Assembly: GCA_051294905.1 (NCBI GenBank)
Contig: CM119371.1
Coordinates: forward strand, 40,364,001-40,428,000
DNA: 64,000 nt
Direction of reading: 5' to 3'
From: Botryllus schlosseri
Lineage: Eukaryota
The notes under the pieces were generated by a model, which ran no database searches, was not told the DNA's origin, and worked only from the letters and a program-made list of their open reading frames with translations. Made by a program: the position numbers and the translations under genes. Positions 14,001 through 26,575 of the stretch are shown piece after piece (the stretch's first letter is position 1; the number at the start of each line of letters is the position of its first letter).

Positions 14001-16459
14001 ATCAATACATGTTTATCGTAAGTCCTACACAGTCACGATATCCGGCCGAGTTTGACTTTTAGAAAACATTATACCGACATCGCGACATCTTACAAAATTG
14101 AAACCGCGGTGACTGCTTGAGAGACCTACCAGTGATATCGCGGTAATCTAGTTACTTCCACAAAATAGTATGTATTCAACTTACTTTCCACAAATCTAAC
14201 GCGCAAAACAATTTACTTTGCTAACGAAAAGTGCTGAGTCATCATATCATTATCCGCGCAACAATACACCTAAAACATACTATCGTACAAAATGGTCGCT
14301 AACCTCTTTGTGCACCAGCTGTAAATCTCACAAGCAACAAGTTTCAAGATTCCAGTTATTGAAAAAATGTTAAAGTGTTTCTCCTGCGCCAAGTCGTTAT
14401 GTTGACGAAAGCGTATATTGTAATATCATGATCGATTTGCATTCGTTGGTCACAAACTGTCACTACTCTAAATAATTATTTTTCACTCAAACACAACAGC
14501 ATACTTGTCGCCATTCGTTTTCATCAAGCACGAGTTCAATAAACTTACTTACTACGACATGAATTGGTATTTTTATGTTGTGTAAATAGGTAATAATTAA
14601 TTTTAGTAACACTATACCAACATCATCGAGTTGTGCGAATAGATTTACATGTGGTGTTATGGTTTTAATCGAAGTACACTGCACGATCTAATGTAGAGTC
14701 ATCTCTATTGTATAGCAACTCGGTAATCGAAATGCATGCATTAACATTTAAACAGCGATCGTGTTTCATCACGCGAAAAATATGTTCACTACTGCGATAC
14801 TCTGCACAGGGCATGCAAATCCTTTTCACACTCGTAATAGTATACCAACGGCTACCGCCGACAACGTTTAACAATACCAACGACACTAAACATACGATAC
14901 CTACCCAATCTGGAAATTGTTTCGATTTATTCTGTCCGTTTCAATTTAAGATAAGGAAGCCCATTTCACTCAATGTATCGATGCCTACGGTACTCTACAA
15001 AATTTTCTGATTAATTCTCCCTATGCATATTTATCACAAGAAAGATGATTTGACACCTAAAGTACGAAATACTTTTTTCGCTTGAGCTAAGCCGCAGCGC
15101 CTGGAGTGGAATTTTACGGGGTATGTGGACTCATTTCGTAGGGCTCTATGCCATAGGAGCATACTTTACGCTCCAATTCGATTCCCACACATTCCATATA
15201 ATTACTAACAGAACCATTGAGTACCAGCCTTGACATTTTCCGTAGTACTAGATGGCATGTATACAATTTCACGACATCCGACATTACGACGAAGACTATC
15301 AAAATATCGAAAGAAGCCCTCTATTCTTTTCTGAAATAATCAAGGTTTTATCAGGACTTCCCTTCATATAAACTCTAGCAGAATCACTAATAACCTCTCA
15401 AGTGTACTCAATTTACTTTAATTTGATACTCGTGTACCAAATCGCTATTTTCCGCAAGTATGATAGAGGCTATCGCTCGATACTCAACGATTCGTAATTT
15501 TGCTGGAATACAAGTACAATTAGTTTAAAGTAGTTTGAGGTTACGTTTGTATCACCTTGACAAGTGCTATTATCAAAAAATGCTTTTGCTAAACTCTTAC
15601 ACTTTCACTAAACTTCTACACTGAATCTTGTAAAGTAGATAGAAAAGGAAAACTATTAACATAAGGTAAGTGAGAAGCACGCAAATGTCGATTGCATACA
15701 AATGCCACAAACTGCGCTAACTTCCAGAGTTGTTAAGTATAGAAGTACTCGTACGTCTTGAGAATACCCAAGTAGGTTTTTTGCCTACATGTACCAAATA
15801 CTCTCAAGTCCTTATGATATTGGAGTACATCAACTTCATGATAGCTACAGTATTAAACAGAAATAGACCTAGAGTACTAACGTTTTTGTGCAGTGAGAGT
15901 TCGCAAATTATCGAAGTATTTTTGTTATTTTTATTGCGATAAGTCATTCTGCTGCGCAAAAATGCGTCGTAGGATATAGATGAAACTAGCACCACTCATC
16001 AAGACCGCTGATAACAGTACATTTCAACATTTAGTTGCAGTAAATTTCGAGTAAAGTACAAGAAGTGATGATTTCCGAGTGAGTTAAAAAGTAAGTATTG
16101 CAGGTATAGTTTACCTGAAAACCTAATACTCTGAAATAGAAGTAGATGCAGTGTAAATAGTTAATCACTTGATTAAGTATAGCGCAAGCAGATAAAACCT
16201 ATACTTGAGTACTACAAAATACACGAGTACTTCGCTATCGACTCCCTCCACGTAATAAGTGACTACGGTTTAAGACTGCTTTTACCGATACTCGTCAGTT
16301 TCCGTTTTAGATAGAATTCGGAAACCAAATAATTTCATAAACATAAGCTAATTAAATGAATTTATTCGAATGTACTATGCCGCGCCGATAAGATTAATTA
16401 TAATATACTTATCATGTTAGAGCGATTTTTCTAGCGTAGAAAATCTTTAAAATGTAGTA

Positions 16460-17276
16460 TTAGTACTAGGTGGTAGGGTAGGAAGTGTTAGGTTTAGGAG
16501 CGCGCGGGAATGTTTTTTATGCTTATACAACTCAATGAATACCCATCGGCCTGCTTACTACATTTTAAAGATTCTCTCCACTATTGTGTATACAAGAATA
16601 TACTTCTCTTAGTAAGCAATTTCTCGTGAATTCCGAAGCACATTGACGTGTGTTAACTTCTGTATTAGGTGATAGTATCATTTTCATGTCTGATAATGAT
16701 ACTTGTCAAGGTGATACAAACGTAAGCTCAAACTACTTTAAAATTTAAAGTCTCACCAAATTTTATCTAAAACTGTCAAGTACCGATAAAGTAGTCTAAA
16801 CCCTAGTCGCTTTTTACGTGGAGGGAGTACTTGTATATTTTGGAGTACTCAAGTATAGGTTTGGCCTGCTTGCGCTATACTAAATGAAGTGATTGACTAT
16901 TTGCACTGCATCTACTTCTATTTCAGAGTTTTCGAGCAAACTATACCTTCAATACTTACTTTTTAACTCACTCGGAAATCATGACTTCTTGTACTTTAGT
17001 AGGACTTTACTGTTACTAAAATGTTGAAATGTACTTTTTGTCAGTGGGCCAGTGGTCTTGGTGAGTGGTGTCAGTTTCATCTATATCCAACGAAAAGCTA
17101 CTTGAGTACTTTGCGGGTTCGTATCATCGCAAATAATATATTCTAAACATGTTTAGATAGTGAGGAGTGAAAGGGACAAATTTTATCTAAAACTGAAACT
17201 GTAAAGTACCGATAAAGTAGTCTAGAGTATTTTTTATGTTTATTCAGCTCAACGAATATCTTCATATTGGCCTGCT
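16460..17276. repeat. 817-bp central spacer, a mosaic of diverged copies of inner-arm sequence
   Basis: ~16815-17090 resembles ~17480-17770; ~16697-16745 resembles ~18170-18215; ~16510-16580 resembles ~17225-17300. Confidence 0.8.
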
Positions 17277-20200
17277 TACTACATTTTAAAGATTTTCTAC
17301 GCTAGAAAAATCGCTCTAACATGATAAGTATATTATAATTAATCTTATCGGCGCGGCATAGTACATTCGAATAAATTCATTTAATTAGCTTATGTTTATG
17401 AAATTATTTGGTTTCCGAATTCTATCTAAAACGGAAACTGACGAGTATCGGTAAAAGCAGTCTTAAACCGTAGTCACTTATTACGTGGAGGGAGTCGATA
17501 GCGAAGTACTCGTGTATTTTGTAGTACTCAAGTATAGGTTTTATCTGCTTGCGCTATACTTAATCAAGTGATTAACTATTTACACTGCATCTACTTCTAT
17601 TTCAGAGTATTCGGTTTTCAGGTAAACTATACCTGCAATACTTACTTTTTAACTCACTCGGAAATCATCACTTCTTGTACTTTACTCGAAATTTACTGCA
17701 ACTAAATGTTGAAATGTACTGTTATCAGCGGTCTTGATGAGTGGTGCTAGTTTCATCTATATCCTACGACGCATTTTTGCGCAGCAGAATGACTTATCGC
17801 AATAAAAATAACAAAAATACTTCGATAATTTGCGAACTCTCACTGCACAAAAACGTTAGTACTCTAGGTCTATTTCTGTTTAATACTGTAGCTATCATGA
17901 AGTTGATGTACTCCAATATCATAAGGACTTGAGAGTATTTGGTACATGTAGGCAAAAAACCTACTTGGGTATTCTCAAGACGTACGAGTACTTCTATACT
18001 TAACAACTCTGGAAGTTAGCGCAGTTTGTGGCATTTGTATGCAATCGACATTTGCGTGCTTCTCACTTACCTTATGTTAATAGTTTTCCTTTTCTATCTA
18101 CTTTACAAGATTCAGTGTAGAAGTTTAGTGAAAGTGTAAGAGTTTAGCAAAAGCATTTTTTGATAATAGCACTTGTCAAGGTGATACAAACGTAACCTCA
18201 AACTACTTTAAACTAATTGTACTTGTATTCCAGCAAAATTACGAATCGTTGAGTATCGAGCGATAGCCTCTATCATACTTGCGGAAAATAGCGATTTGGT
18301 ACACGAGTATCAAATTAGAGTAAATTGAGTACACTTGAGAGGTTATTAGTGATTCTGCTAGAGTTTATATGAAGGGAAGTCCTGATAAAACCTTGATTAT
18401 TTCAGAAAAGAATAGAGGGCTTCTTTCGATATTTTGATAGTCTTCGTCGTAATGTCGGATGTCGTGAAATTGTATACATGCCATCTAGTACTACGGAAAA
18501 TGTCAAGGCTGGTACTCAATGGTTCTGTTAGTAATTATATGGAATGTGTGGGAATCGAATTGGAGCGTAAAGTATGCTCCTATGGCATAGAGCCCTACGA
18601 AATGAGTCCACATACCCCGTAAAATTCCCCTCCAGGCGCTGCGGCTTAGCTCAAGCGAAAAAAGTATTTCGTACTTTAGGTGTCAAATCATCTTTCTTGT
18701 GATAAATATGCATAGGGAGAATTAATCAGAAAATTTTGTAGAGTACCGTAGGCATCGATACATTGAGTGAAATGGGCTTCCTTATCTTAAATTGAAACGG
18801 ACAGAATAAATCGAAACAATTTCCAGATTGGGTAGGTATCGTATGTTTAGTGTCGTTGGTATTGTTAAACGTTGTCGGTGGTAGCCGTTGGTATACTATT
18901 ACGAGTGTGAAAAGGATTTGCATGCCCTGTGCAGAGTATCGCAGTAGTGAACATATTTTTCGCGTGATGAAACACGATCGCTGTTTAAATGTTAATGCAT
19001 GCATTTCGATTACCGAGTTGCTATACAATAGAGATGACTCTACATTAGATCGTGCAGTGTACTTCGATTAAAACCATAACACCACATGTAAATCTATTCG
19101 CACAACTCGATGATGTTGGTATAGTGTTACTAAAATTAATTATTACCTATTTACACAACATAAAAATACCAATTCATGTCGTAGTAAGTAAGTTTATTGA
19201 ACTCGTGCTTGATGAAAACGAATGGCGACAAGTATGCTGTTGTGTTTGAGTGAAAAATAATTATTTAGAGTAGTGACAGTTTGTGACCAACGAATGCAAA
19301 TCGATCATGATATTACAATATACGCTTTCGTCAACATAACGACTTGGCGCAGGAGAAACACTTTAACATTTTTTCAATAACTGGAATCTTGAAACTTGTT
19401 GCTTGTGAGATTTACAGCTGGTGCACAAAGAGGTTAGCGACCATTTTGTACGATAGTATGTTTTAGGTGTATTGTTGCGCGGATAATGATATGATGACTC
19501 AGCACTTTTCGTTAGCAAAGTAAATTGTTTTGCGCGTTAGATTTGTGGAAAGTAAGTTGAATACATACTATTTTGTGGAAGTAACTAGATTACCGCGATA
19601 TCACTGGTAGGTCTCTCAAGCAGTCACCGCGGTTTCAATTTTGTAAGATGTCGCGATGTCGGTATAATGTTTTCTAAAAGTCAAACTCGGCCGGATATCG
19701 TGACTGTGTAGGACTTACGATAAACATGTAGGGGAGATGTGGTACCGATGGATCACTGGGACCGAAAATACTTTGAAAATTCTCTATGGTAATTCCATGA
19801 TTACACTCCGTGAACTTGTCTACAATTGCATGCTGGCAACATCTTTCCTCACATACAAAAAAATTCGACGTGCGGGAACTATGGGGTCTCTCACAGATGT
19901 TTTTTGTTTTGGGGGGTGTAAACTAAATTTAGATCGACATATACATTTTTCTTTGTAACCTTCAACACGAACAAACCAGCAATCATTTTTATTGTGAAGT
20001 CTAGGGCTTGTATCAGGCTATATAATGGAACCTATTATTTTTTTCATTACTTTCCTTGAGTGGAATTTTTTTCGATTCATGTACAAAATTAGTAGGGTGG
20101 GGACCGATGATACAATAGCCAAATCAAGCAAAATAATCAAGCATACTAATCATGAAACAAATGAAACATGACTACGTACAGAAAATCTTTATGTAATAAT

Positions 20201-23200
20201 TGCATATGATGTTTTATCGCTATAACGAGATCTTTGGAAGTCACACTGTCGATTTGCGGGCAATATGTATGTAGCCCCAAATTTATAAGTCCGAGCCTAA
20301 ATCGAAACGTGATTTTATGACAACATTTGAGTCAATATTTAATCTATTTTTTGACGGTTGCGACCGAAAATTCTTCTTTGGCTTGCTGTAGCTTGGATTA
20401 TAATACTGAGCAAGAAAAGTTGTCACATCTGAGTTTTTTAGGGTATATGTGTCATAGGTCCCTGGGTCGTGTGCCATTGGACCCACCGGGTGGGGACCGA
20501 TGACACGTTCGAGCAACAAATTTTAAACGTCCATAAATATTTTTTGAAAAGACTGATAATCATGTATATGTGCGCGATAGGTAGAGCTTGTATGAAAGTG
20601 CTGAGCCAGCAAAAGATCTGCTGTTTTCGGCTGAACAGTTTGGGGCCAGCGATAATTTTCCAATTTTTGATCCATCGGTACCACATCTCCCCTATTGATA
20701 TTAAAGTTGACTATGTATAGGTACGTGCTACGCTACGGAAAAACAGATTTAGCCAAAAGCCTGTATAGAACTGCGTTGGTTTTGAAAGTGTTACATCATG
20801 AAATGCCTGACGAAATTTGGTATGGTGCATTGTTATTATGTCCTACAACTGGGTACCAACGTTCAAGGTGAGAATTTAAGGTTTAGCATGCTAATTCTGT
20901 TATTAAAATTGACTATGTATGGGTATATGCTATGTTCACGAAAAACAGATCTGTGTAAAAGTCGATATTCGACTGCGATAGTTTCAAAGGTGTTCCATCA
21001 TTAGATGTATGATGAAATTTAGCATGGTGCATTGCCATAATGCCCTACAACTACGTATCAAGTTTAGAGTTGGGATTCAATGTTAAGCATGGTAATTCCG
21101 TTATTAAAGTTGACTATGTATAGGTATGTTCTATACGCTCCCGCAAAACAGATGTACGCAAAAAGTCGATGTAGAGCCGCGTTAGTTTTAAAGTTGTTCC
21201 ATTGTGAAATGCGTGAGGAAATTTGGTATGCTACATAATCACAATGTCCTACAACTACGTACCAAGTTGCAAGGTGAGGAGTCACATATTAGCTTGGTAA
21301 TTCTGTTATTAAAGCTGACTATGTATATGTATACGCTACCGAAAACAGATTTAGGCAAAAGTTGCTATAGAACTGCGTTAGTTTTAAAGTTGTTCCATCA
21401 TGAAATGGTTGATGAAATTTGGTATGCTGCATAATCACAATGCCCTGGGGCTCATTTAGATACGTTTTTAATGTAGTTTCACGTTCTAGTTGTTTTGATG
21501 TAAGGAAAAAATCATTCGATAACTCGATACAACTAGTTAACGCGCGTTGATGTAACTTTCCTCATTTGTATGCATGGCCTACGCGAAATTGGTAACCGAA
21601 TTTTTCGATTAGTTTATATTCCGTATTTTATTTAAAACTGAAACTGTTAAGTACTACTTAAAGTGTTATAAAGTGTGAAAAAGTGTACAAGTAGAATTAT
21701 TATTATGTCATGAATAAGTAGTTTACAAATTCATACGATTTTTCTTGTTGCGTTCCGATATAAAATGTAATTTTTCGCTCTTTTTATTTTTTATTTTTTC
21801 AATAATATTAGTATTCATTTTACAAAAACGTCGTGTAAAGATAAAGTACTTGAACATTTCGTAGTGCTCAAGTGTAAGTTTATAAACTATTACCTTGACA
21901 AAATTTTCAGAATAGCAACTTTTGCGTAAATTCTGTCTTGCATTTAGTTGCCGGCTCTGAAAGCAAGCAAAGTTTGTGGTATTCGCGCAACATAGAAATT
22001 TGTAGATTTCACGCTTATCTTATGTCGAAAACATAAGTTAGTTAAAGTATTTCGAATCATGGGTATGAATGATTTTAAAAAACCCAAATATGTCGCATCC
22101 AAACTTCGTGAATATTTTCGATTAGTTTTTTCGATTCTATCTACTTTAAAGGATTCAGTGTAGAAGTTTCGAAACTTGCATGAATTACAAGCTACATAAT
22201 TCAATTAGTTAACACGCGTTGATGTAACTTTCCTCATTTGTATGCATAGCCTATGCGAAATTGGTTACCGAATTTTTCGATTAGTTTATATTCCGAATTT
22301 TATTTAAGTACTACTAAAATTGCTGCAAAATATGAAAAAGTACACAAGTAGAATTATTACTATGTCATGAATAAGTAGTTTACAAATTCATACGATTAGG
22401 TATGTGCTACGCTCCCGCAAAACAGATTCACGCAAATGTCGGTATAGAACTACGTTGGTTTTAAAGTTGTTTAATCATGAAATGCGTAACAAAATTTGAC
22501 ATGGTACATTGCCGTAATGTCATAAATGCAATTATACTGCCAGATAGTTATAGCGAGAGGGTTTCGATGGTGACGTACTTGTATAATGCACATTTTGGAG
22601 AGATTAAGTAAAGGAATGATCTCAGATAAATCCATTAAATTAAGGTATAGGAAGTAGCTATTTACGAATAAAAGTTAGTATTCTAGGTCTATATTTCTGT
22701 TTAATACTGAAAATGTCATGAAGTTGAAGCAATTTGAAATCATAAACACTTTAGTATTAGGTACATATACGCGAAAAGCTACTTTAGTATTCTGATGGAG
22801 TGCAAATACTTGTTTACTTATCAACTTTGAAGGCTTGCGCAGTTTGTGGTGTGATACGCAAAATTAGTGTGTTCAAATCAGATCTGCCGCAAACATAGTG
22901 ATGTCGCATTAGTCCTAAATACACATGATAGAATATCAAGGAAAAGTATCATCTAACGTATAATGAATGTGATTTATTTCTCGGAAGCAAGTCATTATCA
23001 AAACATAGTGATCAAAATTATCGCAGAGCAATACCGATTTTGCGTAAATTCCGTTATGCGTCTTACTACGTTACTAGGGATTATGTAGTTAGTTACGAAA
23101 TTAGGTGTGCTATCTTCCCGATCGGTATGGAACAACATCAAAATCATCACAAAGCAATATCGACTTTTGCTTCGTAACTGCGAGTTAGGAATCGTTAACT

Positions 23201-24992
23201 TTATATTTTGTGAAGTAGAGAGTAGTTTAAGGGTATGTTAGTATAACCTTGACGAGTGCTATTGTCACACTCGGTCATCATCTTTAAATCAGGGTTATCT
23301 CAATGATGTTGACTAAATTTACGGCTTCAGAACGCGCTAATTAGATCTAATCGTTATAACGCTGGGGTTCGCGTACAGGCATCCGAAGTGTTTGTATAAT
23401 TAAAGTCCCGCGAATCGCACGCCTGCGGCTATAGTTCGTTCGATTATTTTCGCTTGGGATTCGCGTATATGCTACTGAGCTGCTACGACTTTAGAAAATT
23501 ATACAAGACTATTCGGAACGCGCACATACTAGTGATTTGTTTCCGTAGCTCCGAACTTGAGAATCGCTTGCCCGCGTCTAATGAAAATAAGTCGTACAAT
23601 GTGGAGGTTGCTGAGACCGTAACTTGTATACATAAAATCAAGTTTAAAATATGGATGGATGAGTTATCTCTGACCAATAGAGTAATATAGCTGCCGCATT
23701 TTATATTAAGTAATTAGTGATGATGTGTATTATTTTGATATATCATCATATAAAACCACATTGTGTGAGACTACCTGTCAAAATTGCGCGAAGCGTCGAC
23801 TCTAATTTCCCGGCTTATAGCAAACAACGACGCTGGAATTCCACTTCAGATGCAGCAAAGTATGTGCGACTACTTGTAAAAATTGCGCGAAGGTACATTT
23901 CTCGGCTTATAACAAATACCGACGCTGAAATTCTACTTCAGATGCAGCAAAGTGTATGCGTCTGTCTGTATAGATTGCGATTTTTTCGAAATAAATGAAC
24001 ATTAATTAATTAGTGATGATGCCATTTCTCAATATTTATTTTTGGGTAAATACTGTTATGCGCTTCGTTACTAACTCTGAAAGCAAGCAAAGTTTGTGGT
24101 ATTTGATCAACATGAAAATTCGTGCACTTTGCGTTTAGGTCATGTTGAAAACATTTGTTACTTAACAACATTTCGACTCATAGGTGTGGATAATTTAAAA
24201 TACAGAGTATTAAAGTCATTAAGAGATATTACCATCTTTAAATCATGACTATCTCATTGAAGTTGACTAAATTTACGGCTTCAGAACGCGCTAATTAGTC
24301 CCTGTCGTTATAACGCTGGGGTTCGCGTATATGCAGATAAAGTGTTTGTATAATTACAGCCCTGAGCATCGCGCGCCGGCGGCTATAGTTCTTTCGATTA
24401 TTTTCGCCTTGGGATTCGCGTATATGCTACTAAGCTGTTGCGAGTTCGGAACGAGCACATGCGACTGATTTGTTTCCATAGCTCCGAACTTGAGAATCGC
24501 TTACCTGCGTCTAATCAAAATAAGTCGTAAAATGTGGAGACCGCAGAAACCGTAACTTGTACACATAAAATCAAGTTCAAAAATATGGACGGATGACTTA
24601 TCTCCGGCCAATAGAGTAATATAACCACCTATAGTTTAGTGGGGTATTGCTAAAATGTATATCCAAACAATCGTTGCAGAATCTGAATGTTACCAAGGTC
24701 CTTATCACATAAAATCATTCATCAGAAGCGTAGGGATTAATATTATCAAGTCGCAGCGCTCAAAATCGCATTTTATATTAATTAATTAGTGATGATACAT
24801 TTCAAGTTAATCAATACATATTGCTAAATACACATGGAAAATCGGTATTGAAATTCACAATTGCTGATGATGTGGCAATGGGTGTGCTATAGGTGCGGCA
24901 ATGGGCGGATGATGTGGCAATGTAGGCGTGGCAATTAGGGCGACGTGGCGTAATTTGATTGGCCTGCACGAAACGAACCCAACTACACTACT
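17277..24992 (-). repeat. Right arm of giant inverted repeat (6,752 bp plus 964-bp insertion)
   Basis: Mirror of 9708-16459, interrupted by the MITE at 19731-20692 plus a duplicated TA. Confidence 0.97.
19731..20692. mobile_element. 962-bp MITE with perfect 25-bp TIRs and TA target duplication (Tc1/mariner/pogo-like by TSD)
   Basis: TIR GGGGAGATGTGGTACCGATGGATCA at 19731-19755 and its reverse complement at 20668-20692. TA on both sides. The empty site (single TA) is visible in the opposite arm at 14006-14007. Confidence 0.93.
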
Positions 24993-26575
24993 TACGCCCT
25001 AGCGTAACGATGACTTCTGATCGCGTACCAGGAGAAATACCTCAACTATAGTTCATAGAGAGGATAAAAAATGACGTAATCTATAGAAGGGCTTAGGCAG
25101 GCCCGCTGTATTTCTCATAGTCGTTATTGTAAAATGATAACTATGGCTGACTTATAACAGCTGGTTCGCAGTGAAGGAAGACGTTGTGAAGTTGCGTTAT
25201 TGGAGGTCATCTGATTACTTGGGATACACATCATATGTTTATCGTAATAGTGGAGAAAGTCGGTACCTTGACTCATGCGTGACTCTATATTGAATACGAT
25301 CACTTATACGGGGAAATATTCAGGTATCTTGCTCAAGCTATGGATATGAATACTTGAGATAAAGCGATACAGACGCTTTCATCGTAATCATCATAATAAT
25401 TATTATCATATGTTTCGATTCCAGATACTTCAAGACTTGCAATACAGTTAATAAAAAGGAAGGAACAGAAGCGACTTTGCGAAGTCAATCAATCAAACTC
25501 ATTTCTTAGCCTACAAATATATAGTTAGCAATCGGATAAAAAAAACGTGATAAAGGAGGCATACACGCCATAGTCTAGTTTTAGTGAGAAATATCATTCA
25601 GAATTCCAGGTCAACAATGATGAGACAGTTTACAGAATAGTGTACAGGCGAAGTCGCTGTGTCAAGATCAATTCGACAATCTCAATACGCACCCTATATT
25701 AATCCAATAAAATGGGCATGCATTTAGACTTCAAGGTGGTCATGGTCATTGGTCATACTTTGAAAGCTCTACTATCGAACCGAAGACGATACCACGATGA
25801 GGACGCAGGGGCTTGTACACATGTGCGTTAGATTTCATAGTATTGAAGGTGTCAAATTCAGCGGACAGATACATCGATTGAAAGAATACATGAACTAGCA
25901 ATTTCTAGCTACCTCGTTTCTTTATTATTCAAGGCTCGATTTGATCGAAAAGAATCTCACAGAACTAACTTACGTTATATTAGTCGAATAACTAAATTCG
26001 ATATACGTATTTACAGGTGATATAGTCACTTTCGTTTAATCGTGTTTGTGCGTTTGGTTGCTACTACTGCGCCAACATTGGGTTTGGCTGTGAATAGCTG
26101 GCGCTTTCGCGTGTGTCAGCAGTCTCCGAGCGAACGTATTAGATCGTTATGCTATTCCCCCTCAGTTTTCTCTATTCAGTTTATTGTGTGTTATGAACTT
26201 GGGGTATATAAATGTCGTACGATGGGGGGGTATTCTTCAAGGAATCCGCTGTAGCGTAAGCATACTGATTGGATTACATGAGCGTGAGTGAGCTTGGGCA
26301 TCCTGTAATGAATGATTGTCAGATCGAATTTATATCAAACAATGCAAGTTGCCTAATGCCTACATGAGAGGCCCTTGATTATAGGGTAAATGGCTATCCC
26401 ATTTGTCTTGAAAATAACTTGACAGTAGATAGTTATGCAGTTAGACAGTTCTGCAGGCAATAATGTGTTGATTATAGGTTGCAAGGTCAATTTGATTTTG
26501 ATGCTATAGCAACATGACATGTTTTGTTCAGATAATACTACTACTTAACAGTTTCTTTGATATTACGAACTGACG

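Larger units (their letters stand above)
9708..16459 (+). repeat. Left arm of giant inverted repeat (6,752 bp)
   Basis: Reverse complement of 17277-24992 once the 964-bp insertion is removed. About ten substitutions and no indels noticed by eye. Confidence 0.97.
9708..24992. mobile_element. Non-autonomous Polinton/Maverick-like element made of two giant inverted arms; no recognisable genes
   Basis: Starts AGTAGTGTAGTTGGG at 9708 and ends CCCAACTACACTACT at 24992. Flanked by the direct repeat TACGCC (9702-9707 and 24993-24998). Arms 9708-16459 and 17277-24992 are reverse complements; mirrored ORFs give constant coordinate sums of 34700 and 33736. AG/AGT-repeat termini with a 6-bp TSD are Polinton hallmarks. 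Confidence 0.85.

Noticed and set aside
10702..23998. Mirrored pairs of 60-100 aa ORFs in the arms
   Set aside because: They are short, mostly lack ATG starts and show no recognisable motifs (no PolB, integrase, ATPase or capsid). They are duplicated only because of the inverted repeat.
9708..24992. Giant inverted repeat as a long-read fold-back or assembly artefact
   Set aside because: It has a perfect 6-bp TSD, Polinton-type termini, arm-specific substitutions, a complex spacer and a MITE in one arm only.
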